Shown here: in pieces, positions 18,675 through 29,680 of the stretch
How positions within the stretch are numbered: the stretch's first letter is position 1
How the letters are laid out: every line of letters begins with the position of its first letter
Virus record (IMG/VR): IMGVR_UViG_3300018012_000099
Length of the DNA: 64,000 nt
DNA from: a virus
Lineage: Duplodnaviria > Caudoviricetes
Reading direction: 5' to 3' (one strand)
Notes under the pieces: model-generated
What the model was told of the DNA's origin: nothing
The model's database searches: none
The model's input: the letters and a program-made list of their open reading frames with translations, nothing else
Position numbers and translations under genes: made by a program

Positions 18675-19045
18675 TACACGAACCGGAACATCGATTCACG
18701 TGGTATTTGTGTAAAGAAATATTTCATACCACACCCGATGATCCACGTATTACTGAGATGGACCCGGTTCAAAAACTTTGGATGTTTCATCAGTGGGTGG
18801 GAGATCAGTTGGATCGAGCAGAACTAGCTAAAAATCAGGCATATCTATTAGCCTCCTTTGATCATCCAGAAGAAGTTAAGAAATTGATGGGTGACGGTGA
18901 CGTTCACATATCTACCGATGAAGAGTTTGAAGAGTCAAGTCGTATGGTTAGGGAAGCTAATCTTCAAGCCCTTAATACAATAAATAACGGGGACAGAAAG
19001 AGTCGCAGAAAGAGACGCCTCACTTTACAACAAACTTCACAGTAA
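18671..19045 (+). CDS. C-terminal part of the frameshifted chaperone (gpT-like)
   Basis: In the -1 frame relative to the chaperone. Its only apparent start is a TTG at 18707 without SD. It ends just before the tape measure gene. Confidence 0.7.
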   Translation: MIHEPEHRFTWYLCKEIFHTTPDDPRITEMDPVQKLWMFHQWVGDQLDRAELAKNQAYLLASFDHPEEVKKLMGDGDVHISTDEEFEESSRMVREANLQALNTINNGDRKSRRKRRLTLQQTSQ

Positions 19046-19056
19046 CGAGATACTAA

Positions 19057-21303
19057 ATGGCTGACCCAACCACCCCTACCACCCCTACCACCCCTACCAC
19101 CCCACCAGATCCGGCTACAACAGCCGCCACTACTGCTGCTATTAATGAGCAAACGACGGCTGTGGGCAATTTGACATCAGCTACCAATACTCAGTCAGCT
19201 GCCTATCGTTCGCTAAATTCTGTTAGTGATTTGGTGCAATCGAGCATGGCTAATATTGAGTCAGTGGCTAATAGCGTAGGTGTTAGTATGGGTAACATAA
19301 CCAGCCTGACTAATGAACAAATAGAAAAGTTTGGATTACTTTCTGCCGCCTTTGTTAATGCTAGAGAAGCTTTTGTTAATTTTTCCAATGTCGATTATAG
19401 TGGTTTAACCACTTTTTCTGCTCAAATTAAACATATCGGAGATGCTCTAAGTAATGTTCCCGCCGAAAAAATGGCAGAATCTCTGGGATCATTGGGAAAC
19501 GTATTACTCAAATCCGGAGTGAGTCAGTCAACATGGACAGCTACCTTGGGTAAAGGCAAAGAAGCGGTTCTGGAACTGGCTACCAATGTCTTCAAGCATG
19601 CTGATAATATGTTGCGCGCTCAAACAGCTTATGTACAAATGGCTGCTAGAACAGGTCAACTGGGTGATGTCACTAAGGCTGCTGGCAAAGACTTTAAAGA
19701 TTTGGGTACTATTTTAGAATCTCAGCAAACTATGTTGAGAAATACCAGAGAAGCTACTGGTTTAACTGCCGATCAAACTGAAAGGTGGTATAATCAATTG
19801 GGGCTTATTCCCGGTGCTCTTAATTCTGTGGTAAATGTTTCCGAAAAAGATGGCAGAACCATGAGCATGTTAACGGCGGTTATTCAAACTGCGGTTGGAT
19901 CAGGTCGTGCTCAAGAAGATGTAATGAGAGATTTGAATATTGCCTTTAAGGATTATGGTTTGGTAGGCGAAAAAGCATTACAGTTTTCTGTGCGTATGAG
20001 TGACGTTTCTACTCGTCTAAAAGCTCCTATTGAGGATGTCACTACTGCTCTACGTGGTTCGGCAGATGCTTTCAAAATGTTTGCCACGGGTCAAGACGCC
20101 GCCTCTAAGGCTTCCGAAGGACTAGCCAATACACTCAATACATATGGTAAAGCCCTAGAATCTACTGGTCTAAGCGCCAGTGCTTCTGTAGAAATTGCTT
20201 CTCAGATGACTAATCAAGTAGGTAGACTTAGTATTGCACAACAAGCTTTCGTCTCTCAGCAAACTGGTGGTCCAGGTGGTTTAATGGGAGGTTACAGGAT
20301 TGAACAAAGGCTACAACAAGGTGATACTGCTGGTGTAGTTCAAGACGTGATGAAAACTTTAGAAAGACAGATGGGTAGATTGGTGTCGGTAGATGAAGCT
20401 GCTCGCAGTGAAGCTGCTGCCAGCCAATTAACTAAGCAAACAGCTATGTTACAAAGTCTATTAGGACCAATAGCCAAAGATAGACAGACGGCAGAGAAGC
20501 TTATTCAAGGAATGATTAACCAACAAAAAGGCGTTCCAGATGCTTTGGCAAACGCTTTAAAACCTACCGGTGTTCAAGACGCCGCCAAACAAGGCTTGGA
20601 TCTACAGCAAAAATCTTATAGCGAATTAACAATGATTAGCAATACCTTGGAACAAATCCGTGATTTAGGAGATACTGCCGCTGGTCGTGTAGTAGGTCGC
20701 ATGACTGCTGGTGGCGTTAATCAACCCACTACTGGGACTTCGGGCGTGTTATCTATGAATCTTGCCGATCGTGCTCGTGCTGCTAGAGAAACTGGCGGAG
20801 CGCAGGTTGCCGCCTTCACTAGAGGGATAGAAACTGGCAAAGTGAAAGAAACGGCTGGTTTGGATTACGGTGCCGCTTTACATACCACGCTTACTGGTAT
20901 TAAGGATATGCCAGTCGCATTGCGCTCTACTTTTGATACTATCAAGAGTGCCTTCTCTAGAGGTGACAAAGAGAGCGCGGACAAGCAAGAACAGATGTTA
21001 GCGGAGTTTGTGGCTGCCCGTAAAACGTTAGATACTGCTAAAAATATAGCTGGACCGGCATCTGGGACCGTTCTTCCGTCAGAACAAGTGGGCGCCGCGG
21101 CGCGCGCCTCAATTGCTGCTCGTCCTCCTGGTGCTACTACACCAGCTGGAACCACTACCAGTCAGGGACCGGGAGCTAATATCGCGGGCGTCCCACAAAC
21201 TATCAATATTGTAGGTAAATTTACTATCGATTGTCCTACTTGCGGTAGACCACATGATGTTACTGATAATGCAATGGTTACCCCAGCCCAATTCAACCGT
21301 TAA
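19057..21303 (+). CDS. Tail tape measure protein
   Basis: Ala/Gln/Thr-rich helical 748-aa protein after the chaperone pair, with a typical QTGGPGGLMGG segment. Confidence 0.8.
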   Translation: MADPTTPTTPTTPTTPPDPATTAATTAAINEQTTAVGNLTSATNTQSAAYRSLNSVSDLVQSSMANIESVANSVGVSMGNITSLTNEQIEKFGLLSAAFVNAREAFVNFSNVDYSGLTTFSAQIKHIGDALSNVPAEKMAESLGSLGNVLLKSGVSQSTWTATLGKGKEAVLELATNVFKHADNMLRAQTAYVQMAARTGQLGDVTKAAGKDFKDLGTILESQQTMLRNTREATGLTADQTERWYNQLGLIPGALNSVVNVSEKDGRTMSMLTAVIQTAVGSGRAQEDVMRDLNIAFKDYGLVGEKALQFSVRMSDVSTRLKAPIEDVTTALRGSADAFKMFATGQDAASKASEGLANTLNTYGKALESTGLSASASVEIASQMTNQVGRLSIAQQAFVSQQTGGPGGLMGGYRIEQRLQQGDTAGVVQDVMKTLERQMGRLVSVDEAARSEAAASQLTKQTAMLQSLLGPIAKDRQTAEKLIQGMINQQKGVPDALANALKPTGVQDAAKQGLDLQQKSYSELTMISNTLEQIRDLGDTAAGRVVGRMTAGGVNQPTTGTSGVLSMNLADRARAARETGGAQVAAFTRGIETGKVKETAGLDYGAALHTTLTGIKDMPVALRSTFDTIKSAFSRGDKESADKQEQMLAEFVAARKTLDTAKNIAGPASGTVLPSEQVGAAARASIAARPPGATTPAGTTTSQGPGANIAGVPQTINIVGKFTIDCPTCGRPHDVTDNAMVTPAQFNR
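19069..19104 (+). repeat. 9-bp tandem repeat (ACCACCCCT x3 + ACCACCCCA) encoding (TTP)4
   Basis: Read directly from the sequence at the tape measure 5' end. Confidence 0.9.
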
Positions 21304-21315
21304 TAGAGAGTAGTT

Positions 21316-22215
21316 ATGGCTTTTTCCTTAGACAATATCATTTCTAGTATCAATAGTGCACAAAATACACTTAATCAAGCTACTAATCCGCTCAACGGCA
21401 GCTTATCTAATTCTCCAGGTTTTAACGCACCTCAGTTACCCGAAGCCAACGGTAATGGCTTACCTTATAGTAGGATTGCGAGTGGTAGTGACGGCGTTAT
21501 TCGTCGTAATATTATTTCTTGGTTTGTTCCTCAATTTGGCGTAGCCCAAATGTTCATTAACCCACAGAATATTAGCTACTCCAACAAAAAACTAATCACC
21601 AAAGAAAGAACCAAGGGTGGATTTACGCTGCAATACTGGGGAGAAGATTTAACTACTATTAATATTAATGGAACTACAGGTAGTTCTGGTATCGAAGGCA
21701 TTAATATGCTATATGAAATCTATCGTGCAGAACAATACGCTTTTGATGCGGTAGGTTTGACTTTGGCTGCCAATAATGCCTCAGCTGACGTAGCAACCAA
21801 TTTAGTTAATTCTTTAGGAGGAAACTTAGGTCAATTTACCAATAGTTTGTTGCCAACTAATGTGCAGGTAGGACCACAGACCGCGGCTGCCGAGGGGGCA
21901 GGACTACTGGGCGGTATATTGGGATTGGACTCACCTAATAATACATTATCGGCCAAAAATATTCCATCTTTGGCTCAGTTGGCCTTTACAGTGGAAATGT
22001 ATTACAACGGGTGGGTTTTTCGTGGATATTTTGATAGTATGACTTTTACCGAACGTGCCGACAACTTTTTAATTGACTATCAAATGGTTTTTATGGCTAC
22101 TCAAAGGAGAGGTTACCGTACCAATTATTTTCCATGGTCTCATGCTGCCAATACTGGCTACAGCACTTACAACACGCCCACTTCTTTCAATGGAAATATT
22201 ACTGGAGTCAGATGA
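21316..22215 (+). CDS. Putative tail tube initiator / baseplate hub-proximal protein
   Basis: FINPQNISYSNKKLITKERTKGG...ININGTTG and YNGWVFRGYFDSMTFTE resemble tube-fold initiators. Position follows the tape measure. Confidence 0.55.
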   Translation: MAFSLDNIISSINSAQNTLNQATNPLNGSLSNSPGFNAPQLPEANGNGLPYSRIASGSDGVIRRNIISWFVPQFGVAQMFINPQNISYSNKKLITKERTKGGFTLQYWGEDLTTININGTTGSSGIEGINMLYEIYRAEQYAFDAVGLTLAANNASADVATNLVNSLGGNLGQFTNSLLPTNVQVGPQTAAAEGAGLLGGILGLDSPNNTLSAKNIPSLAQLAFTVEMYYNGWVFRGYFDSMTFTERADNFLIDYQMVFMATQRRGYRTNYFPWSHAANTGYSTYNTPTSFNGNITGVR

Positions 22216-22256
22216 AAGTACATTTGAAATGTATTGGATAAGGATAGGAAAAAGTA

Positions 22257-25200
22257 ATGTCTTTTCTCGGGCAGCTTGCGGATCAAATTAGTAGCCAGTT
22301 TTCACTTGGTGAAAATAGTACACACACACTGGATGGTGTGATAGATGGAAGCAACACCAAGTATGGATCTCTTGGAGATTTTGCTAAAAACATAGATAAA
22401 TCGGCAGAAAGGCGCTATGTAGAAGAGGGATATCTCCGTCGAGATCCTTACAACACAGATCCGAAACAATTTGAAATTTTGATGCAAGAACCTAATGCCA
22501 CAGTGCTGGTTAAAAAGAGAATGTTCTCTTCCGTAGGTGATAATTTTCGTCCAGATTTTATGAATAATGACGAGAAACTGTATTATAAAGCAACTCGTAT
22601 TCTCTTTCAAAATAAATGCAATCAAATTGCTGCCCTGGAAAAATTATCCAAGATATCTCAAGTGACTAATGCTGTCGGAAGTGTTAGTGATCAACTTATT
22701 CCTATTATTGTCACACTAACCGATCAACTTAATTATGGTGGTCCTTTAACTAATGTACCATTTAGTTCTGGTTTGTTTGGCTCCCTCCCAGATTCCAATC
22801 CTTTTCAAACCAATCAAATAAGTCAATTCACTCAGGTTATCGATAAGTTGCGAAAAGTGTATGCTTTTAATGGCAGTGCTCAATATACTAGCTGGATTAC
22901 TGACCATATGGATTTATTTCAATCTACTCTAGGACAAGGAACTGGAGTTATTGAAATTACTAATTTCAGCAATTTGAGCACCACTACCACTCTTGAACTA
23001 GAATCAGGTGGTAGTTTTAGTCTAACTATTTCTGATCCGTATGAATCCATGTTGATTACTGATTATGACATTGAGATAGCTTTGAGTGATGCTACCAATA
23101 TGTTCTATAATCACAAGATTTTTCAATTCGGTACCCAAGCCGCTAATAATGTTATCCAAACTACTCAAGCCCAACTTAATGCGGCACGACAGGCCAGAAA
23201 CGCCAGCCCTCTTACTATAAAAGTAGATCCAAATACCTTACTTTATAAACGTGTACAGGTTATTGTCGATCGATTGGGAGAAGAGTTAATATTTGACTAT
23301 GATTCCACCAATTCTGGATTAGGTTTCAGTTTTCCAGGTCTTGGAGGTTCGGGTGATAGTGTGGCTGTGGCTCCCGAATACCTACAGGGCGGTGTTGTTC
23401 TAGGCTACGATGGTTTGTCTGTTTCAGCTCAAGGTAATCTGCCCGGTACTAATGTCAGGGCTTTAGTTCCGCAGTCGGAACTCTCTTTGTTTAAGGTATT
23501 GATTGCCGCTATCTATAATCAGTTGCAGATGAATGCCAATTCGCAAAATGCTTTTCAAACCGGTAACGCTGCCACTAACTACGCTAGAAGAAAGATGAGA
23601 TTTAACTATAGCGGTCAGTTGATTGTCCAGCCTATGGACGTCGTACATATCTATCTTTCTTCTAAGAGTAGATATGACAATAAGATTTTATCTGGGTTGA
23701 ATAACATGTTGTCGGGTGTGGGCATCCTACAAAATGTCAATAATACTTTAACTGATTTTACCAATGCTTTTTCTACTATCTTTCAGACTTCTGGTAATAT
23801 TCCGTTACAGTTGGAGAAGTCCACTTATGTAGGTCCTGATTTTCCTAATTTTTTGTGGAGCATGCTACGCACTCAATTTGTAACGGAGAAAGAGGGCTGC
23901 CACGTCTTCGCTGGTTTGGTGGATAATGCTACTGATAATTGGTCAGATGGTCATTTCACTATTGATGTTAGAGGTCGCGATCAATCTTTGTATTTTGAAC
24001 AAGGCAAGGTTAATTTTAAACCAGGAGCTGATGTATTTAATGGTGCTTGGTTTGATCCTATGACTCCATTCAAAAGTTCTTTCGACCAGATTTCGGCTGA
24101 TTATAAGATTAATACTCCGGAACTATTGGATGAGAATAAGGCTTTATTAGCGGACAACACAGCCAGAGTAACTATTAAAAAGAAGTTAGGTCCTTTCGCC
24201 GGAAGTATCACTACTGATTCTAATTTCATTGATGATAGAAGTGTAGATCCACTTACTGGATTGGTAACTAAAACCTTTTATGCTCCTGATGGTCTGGTTT
24301 ATATTTGGAGAGAGGGTATTGGAGTATTTACTCAAGCCGGATTATCCAGCAGTATTAATGATCCTAATAGAATAGGTAAGCCTAATATTTTCAAAGAACC
24401 TTTCGCTGGTCAAGATGTTATGAATGTTTTATCTCTTTTAATTACCGGCACACCATATAATTTTACTACGTTCTACCAAGGTGTATTAGGTGATGGTAAA
24501 TATGGTATCGATCCTCACAGTAATCAAAATGCTGCTTTTGCTTTTATTAATTCTTTGACCAACCAACTCACTAAAAATAATACACTTTGGGGTAATTTTA
24601 TTCCTTTCAAAAGCTTAACGATGGATGAACAAACCTATGCCAAAGCCCAATTTAATCAATTTAATATTACTCAACAGAATCAGATATTAGATCAACAAAT
24701 TAAACAATTACAAACGTTACAACAGCAAAGCCTGCTATTTAATGCTATCAAAGATTATGCTCCTAATCTAGCTACTACTGATCCTAATTTTATTGACGTT
24801 TCTACTCAAATTAGTGTTTTGACAGAAAATATTAACAATACAATTACCAGAATTAATAGCCAACAGAGTCAATTTTATCAACAGGCTGGTAATGATCCAT
24901 CATTCAATACCGGTAGTTTCATTAGTAATACGGACACTAATCAAGTAGCTGATCCACAACTTAGAAAACAGTTAAGGCGCCAAATAAACTATCTAACTAG
25001 ACGCATGTCATATGATGTTCGTGCTAATGAAGATAGGAACCTTTTTATTGTGGATGATTACTATGATAAAGATTACGATATTTTGGCTTTTGAACAATCC
25101 ATTAACAACAATCTAAAAATTTGGAATAACGAATTTACCTCTGTTAAAGAGAAGATTATCGCTGTTGCTAAATTACTTAATCTAGAAGTATTTTGTGATA

Positions 25201-27263
25201 CTCAAGGGCATATTCGAGTTCGCCCACCTCAGTATAATAGAATGCCAAGTTCTGTTTTCTATCGTATGATGTATTTAAAGCAGACTCTGAATATCCAAAT
25301 TTTTCCAGAATATCTTAACGAGTTATTCACCGATCAGTTGGATGGTTTGAGAACTCAGATTGAAGTGCTCGAAGATGAAATCAGATTAGATTGTGATATT
25401 CTAACCATTAGTTACGGTCTAGGTGGTTTGGAAAGCGATTCACTAGCCCTTAGCTTTATTAATGATGGGGCTACCAGTGGTACTGGTGCATCTTTTAATT
25501 TTCTTTCTGACAGAGTTAGTGGTAAAATAACCGATATTACTTCTTTAGTTCAACAAGCCAATCCAGATGTAGTAAGTAGTTTGTTACCCAACGGAATATC
25601 TGACTATCAATCAGTTAAGCAACAGGCTGGTCTGAAGAGTGTCTTTAGTAACTCTCAAAGATTTACCGTGATTGACAAAGCTGTTAAAGCTCAACAATTA
25701 TCACAAAGTGGATATAGTGGAACCAATAATACTATTACCGGTAATACGGATGTTAATCTACTAATAAACAGGATTCAAAGCAAATCCGGAGAACAAATTT
25801 CATTAAATGATTATGTTCAAACCAATAATGTTAATATTAAATTTGTTCAATTACCACCTAATCAGACAGTGGATGTTTTTAAAACCACTAATGATTTACA
25901 AGATAAAATTTCTAAGAGGCAACGCGTTGTTAAGTTATTCTACAGCACTATTAAAAATGCTGCCGAATTAAAGTCTCTAGACTCTAGTTCTACTATTTCT
26001 AACCAGCTGATTACTCCTGGTGGATATGGTAATTCTAATATACCTGAGGTATTTGAGCATATGATTGAAGATGAGACTTATGACGACTATGGTGTTGGAT
26101 CGTCTCAAAGGTACATTATTAAACGTTCTCAAATCAAAAATATCAATATTTCAGCTAATTCACCGCCCTACACTACAGTAGAAGTGCAGGGTATTTTGGA
26201 TCCTTTCTTAGCTGATCCTAGCAATTTGCCACAAGACCTTAATTTTTTTCCGTCTAGTGGTAACGGCATGGTCACTGCTATGGCTATCGATTATGATATG
26301 TGGAGAACCTATGGATTTAAGGGACAATCTACCGTTCAAGTACCTTTTCTCAGTGACCCTATCAAACAATGTGGTCCTTATGCTGCTATGCTATTAAGTG
26401 TAGCTCGTAAGAACATCTTTCGTGGCTCGATAACTTTAATGGGTAATGAATATTATCAGCCTGGCGAAGTAGTGTTTTTAGAAGACCGTGGTATGTTATT
26501 TTATGTTACCTCTGTAAGGCACAATCTAACTCTGGCTACGGGATTTACTACAACTCTAGAATTAACATACGGTCATACCCCGGGAGAATATATTCCTACC
26601 ACTATGGATTTTATTGGCAAGCTTATTTACAAAAATAAAAATGATGGCACTATTGTCGTACAGAGACAAGATAATTCCGGTAACGAACAAAACTTAGGAG
26701 CTTTTACATTACCACCTAATTATTTATCTAATAATAACGGTGTTATTGATGCCGTTAATACAGGAGCTACTAATCAAACTCCAAATCCTACTTCTAATTT
26801 TAATAGTCAAATTATGAGCAATATTATGTATATGGCTGCTTATACCATTAACTCTAATTCTACTAGTGGTAATAATATAACTACTTCTATTGAAATACGC
26901 GTATATTATAACGACGATAATCCGCAAAATGAAAATCTAATTAACTTTGCCGAAGAGCTACTCAATCAAATTACTGCATTTGCTACCGGTCCAAAAGACT
27001 TCCCATCAGCCACTGCTAACGCTCCTAATGCACCAATTTCTAGTAATGCAGTTAATATTGTGCCAGTTAATTTGTCGGATACTACCAATCGACTTTCACC
27101 ATCCCAAAAAGCTTGGGATTTAGCCAGAAATCAAGTATCTAATTCTACCACGGGAGCATCCGATCCTACTAGTGGGCGGGCGGCTCAGCAAGCTTTGTTT
27201 AGTTATATAGTAGATATCTGGTTAGTTAATAATCCAGTTGCTCCAACCACCAGTGGTCAATAA
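22257..27263 (+). CDS. Baseplate hub protein (T4 gp27 / P2 gpD-like) with large insertions
   Basis: TIDVRGRD, LEVFCDTQGHIRVRPP and GSITLMGNEYYQPGEVVFL...FYVTSVRHNL...FTTTLELTYG. Confidence 0.7.
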   Translation: MSFLGQLADQISSQFSLGENSTHTLDGVIDGSNTKYGSLGDFAKNIDKSAERRYVEEGYLRRDPYNTDPKQFEILMQEPNATVLVKKRMFSSVGDNFRPDFMNNDEKLYYKATRILFQNKCNQIAALEKLSKISQVTNAVGSVSDQLIPIIVTLTDQLNYGGPLTNVPFSSGLFGSLPDSNPFQTNQISQFTQVIDKLRKVYAFNGSAQYTSWITDHMDLFQSTLGQGTGVIEITNFSNLSTTTTLELESGGSFSLTISDPYESMLITDYDIEIALSDATNMFYNHKIFQFGTQAANNVIQTTQAQLNAARQARNASPLTIKVDPNTLLYKRVQVIVDRLGEELIFDYDSTNSGLGFSFPGLGGSGDSVAVAPEYLQGGVVLGYDGLSVSAQGNLPGTNVRALVPQSELSLFKVLIAAIYNQLQMNANSQNAFQTGNAATNYARRKMRFNYSGQLIVQPMDVVHIYLSSKSRYDNKILSGLNNMLSGVGILQNVNNTLTDFTNAFSTIFQTSGNIPLQLEKSTYVGPDFPNFLWSMLRTQFVTEKEGCHVFAGLVDNATDNWSDGHFTIDVRGRDQSLYFEQGKVNFKPGADVFNGAWFDPMTPFKSSFDQISADYKINTPELLDENKALLADNTARVTIKKKLGPFAGSITTDSNFIDDRSVDPLTGLVTKTFYAPDGLVYIWREGIGVFTQAGLSSSINDPNRIGKPNIFKEPFAGQDVMNVLSLLITGTPYNFTTFYQGVLGDGKYGIDPHSNQNAAFAFINSLTNQLTKNNTLWGNFIPFKSLTMDEQTYAKAQFNQFNITQQNQILDQQIKQLQTLQQQSLLFNAIKDYAPNLATTDPNFIDVSTQISVLTENINNTITRINSQQSQFYQQAGNDPSFNTGSFISNTDTNQVADPQLRKQLRRQINYLTRRMSYDVRANEDRNLFIVDDYYDKDYDILAFEQSINNNLKIWNNEFTSVKEKIIAVAKLLNLEVFCDTQGHIRVRPPQYNRMPSSVFYRMMYLKQTLNIQIFPEYLNELFTDQLDGLRTQIEVLEDEIRLDCDILTISYGLGGLESDSLALSFINDGATSGTGASFNFLSDRVSGKITDITSLVQQANPDVVSSLLPNGISDYQSVKQQAGLKSVFSNSQRFTVIDKAVKAQQLSQSGYSGTNNTITGNTDVNLLINRIQSKSGEQISLNDYVQTNNVNIKFVQLPPNQTVDVFKTTNDLQDKISKRQRVVKLFYSTIKNAAELKSLDSSSTISNQLITPGGYGNSNIPEVFEHMIEDETYDDYGVGSSQRYIIKRSQIKNINISANSPPYTTVEVQGILDPFLADPSNLPQDLNFFPSSGNGMVTAMAIDYDMWRTYGFKGQSTVQVPFLSDPIKQCGPYAAMLLSVARKNIFRGSITLMGNEYYQPGEVVFLEDRGMLFYVTSVRHNLTLATGFTTTLELTYGHTPGEYIPTTMDFIGKLIYKNKNDGTIVVQRQDNSGNEQNLGAFTLPPNYLSNNNGVIDAVNTGATNQTPNPTSNFNSQIMSNIMYMAAYTINSNSTSGNNITTSIEIRVYYNDDNPQNENLINFAEELLNQITAFATGPKDFPSATANAPNAPISSNAVNIVPVNLSDTTNRLSPSQKAWDLARNQVSNSTTGASDPTSGRAAQQALFSYIVDIWLVNNPVAPTTSGQ

Positions 27264-27265
27264 AT

Positions 27266-29308
27266 ATGAATCCAACTAGTAAATTTGATCCGCCAGTTGG
27301 CCTGCTCCAGAGGGGAAGTATCAAAGGATATGATCCTACTCGTGGCACTATGCAGGTTCAACTAAATACTGCAGCAGCAGTTAAAGGACAAGACCGTCTA
27401 GTGGTAGATGTGCCGGCACCTCACGCCATGTTCTACAATAATGGTTTGTTTATTGGAACATTACCATCCATAGGAACTCCAGTAGTAGTGGGGCAAGCTT
27501 TAGGTGGAGGATATCACTTTGTGTCCTTTTTGGCAGAAAATTTGCCTGTGGTACCTATCTTAGTTCAAGATGAATTGTTACTACAATCTAACGATGCTAC
27601 TTACATAACGTTAGATACTGGTAATAATATTAGTATCGGATCAGATAATAATCAAATTCATATCAACACTGGAAATAAGAATTTTCCTAAGACTAATCTT
27701 ATCTCTATCAATTTTCAAAACGAGAATCACTTCACTCAAGCTTACCGTGAAGTAGGAGGTTTAGTTAAGAGAGATTTACGTCCTAACATATATTTTGATC
27801 CTAACAGTAAATTAGAAGATGACTCTTATGATAAGAAGTATAAAATTATAGGAATTGATCCAACAGTTACTGCCAATGATTTATTGTCTGGTTCAGCCAA
27901 AAATCCTCCGTTTGCAGAACACCGAGAAATGGTGTATGAGTTTCAATATATGTCAGATACTCAGGATGACGTAATTGAAGCCGCCAGATATGGAAGCGGC
28001 AAACAGACGCCACCCACGTATACGCGCCCCAATCGACGTAAAAGTCGCGCTGATACTTTAAGTCTCAGTCTAGTAGCGCCAAATTATTTGATGGAACAAG
28101 TAAAAGGTACGGTGGTCGATATCTTTGGTAATATTCTAGATATCAATCGTGTACCAATTCAAGTAGGACAGGGACAAAATACTCTAAAACCTAACAACAG
28201 TTTGGATAAATCTACAGCTTTCACCAATATTAGGGCACTAGAGCGTAACAGCGTGGCCTATCATTTTGAGATTAATGCCCGTAAAGATCTTTCTATGCAG
28301 ACAGGAGATAGCGAAGTTACTCTACTGGGTATCAATCAGGATAATTACAATGCTAAATTACTGCGTAGTCGTTTCTTTATGGATATCAATAAAGAAGGGC
28401 AATTCAAATTAAATGTGCCATCGTCCAGCGAGACGGGCAGCGTGCCAATCTTAGCTCGTTACGAGAACTACTCTACTTATGGACCTGAAGATAGCGGAAA
28501 TCCTAACAAGTTGTGGTTCCGCAACGACAACCTGGATATTTTCTTGGATGGATTAGCAGCCTACAAAGCTACTCCATCTAACGATGGCGGTTTTACCTAT
28601 TCTACCGCACATGGCTCTATTACTATCAAAGACGGTAGCAGTATAGCCACTCCAATTGATCGTATTACTAATGCACACTTGATGCATGGTACAGTTTTTC
28701 ACGATATTCTGCAAACCTGTTATGTGCACCAAAACAATAACTTTCTCAATTATCAAGCGGGTGAAAACCCACTACCTATCGATTTGAGCTATATTGTTCC
28801 GCTTAGTAATGTAGTAAGTGACACTATCTATGTGGGTGGTACTCAAGCCAATTCTGGCGGACGTAGTGCTTCCGTTAGTTTGGATGGTTCTTTGGAATTA
28901 AATATTGGTGCCAATACGGTTGATCGACAGTCGTTGTGGTTGGATACGGCTGGCGGCGTGGTAGCCAATATTGGTCGTGATCGCAACTCTCGTAGCGCTG
29001 TTGTCTCTATGAATGGAGACTTTTATATGCAAATAGGCGGTTTTGGCGTATCGGGGGACACTCGTTTCGCGCAATTAAACAATGGCAACTACGGTGCCGT
29101 GCTAGATCTGAGAGTGTCCAGTGGCGGTGGATATGTTACCATGTTTAGGGTGGATCAGCACGGTGTTACCGTTCTTACTCCGGGCAATTTCGCTTGTCAT
29201 GCTAAAGGTAATATGACACTCACGGCTGATGGAAATATGACTATCGATGCTGCTTCTCTAACTATACAGCAAAGATTTGTACTGAAAGATTCGGGAGGAT
29301 CTATATGA
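27266..29308 (+). CDS. Baseplate central spike (gp5/gpV-like)
   Basis: N-terminal OB-like RGSIKGYDPTRGTMQVQL...LPSIGTPVVVG and C-terminal beta-repeats (SVSLDGSLELNIGAN...GNMTLTADGNMTIDA). Follows the hub. Confidence 0.65.
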   Translation: MNPTSKFDPPVGLLQRGSIKGYDPTRGTMQVQLNTAAAVKGQDRLVVDVPAPHAMFYNNGLFIGTLPSIGTPVVVGQALGGGYHFVSFLAENLPVVPILVQDELLLQSNDATYITLDTGNNISIGSDNNQIHINTGNKNFPKTNLISINFQNENHFTQAYREVGGLVKRDLRPNIYFDPNSKLEDDSYDKKYKIIGIDPTVTANDLLSGSAKNPPFAEHREMVYEFQYMSDTQDDVIEAARYGSGKQTPPTYTRPNRRKSRADTLSLSLVAPNYLMEQVKGTVVDIFGNILDINRVPIQVGQGQNTLKPNNSLDKSTAFTNIRALERNSVAYHFEINARKDLSMQTGDSEVTLLGINQDNYNAKLLRSRFFMDINKEGQFKLNVPSSSETGSVPILARYENYSTYGPEDSGNPNKLWFRNDNLDIFLDGLAAYKATPSNDGGFTYSTAHGSITIKDGSSIATPIDRITNAHLMHGTVFHDILQTCYVHQNNNFLNYQAGENPLPIDLSYIVPLSNVVSDTIYVGGTQANSGGRSASVSLDGSLELNIGANTVDRQSLWLDTAGGVVANIGRDRNSRSAVVSMNGDFYMQIGGFGVSGDTRFAQLNNGNYGAVLDLRVSSGGGYVTMFRVDQHGVTVLTPGNFACHAKGNMTLTADGNMTIDAASLTIQQRFVLKDSGGSI

Positions 29309-29661
29309 AGAAATTAAATACGGTAATTTATCACAAGCTACTTTTACAATCTCACGAAGCAAAAGCTCAAGGTATGGTTAAACTAGCCGACGGCATCATT
29401 AATGCTTTGGGCCCCATGACTGAAGATGAAAAGGTTGAGTATAATTATGCACAATTGCGTGACGAAGTGTATGATGGAATGTGGAAAATAGCTACACACG
29501 TTATTAAGTACTACGATGTTAAAAGTGCTGATGCTGGTAAGATCCATGAACGATTGGAAGCATTAGCTGACAGATTTTTGGGAGAGTTGGAACAATCATT
29601 AGATGTAGAAGGGGTGGTTGCTGGCCCATTAGAGAGTCTACTTCCTGGTGAATCTAAATAA
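29305..29661 (+). CDS. Hypothetical helical protein
   Basis: 118-aa ORF overlapping the spike stop codon; no motif recognised. Confidence 0.6.
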   Translation: MKKLNTVIYHKLLLQSHEAKAQGMVKLADGIINALGPMTEDEKVEYNYAQLRDEVYDGMWKIATHVIKYYDVKSADAGKIHERLEALADRFLGELEQSLDVEGVVAGPLESLLPGESK

Positions 29662-29680
29662 GCCGATATATAGATAGTTA

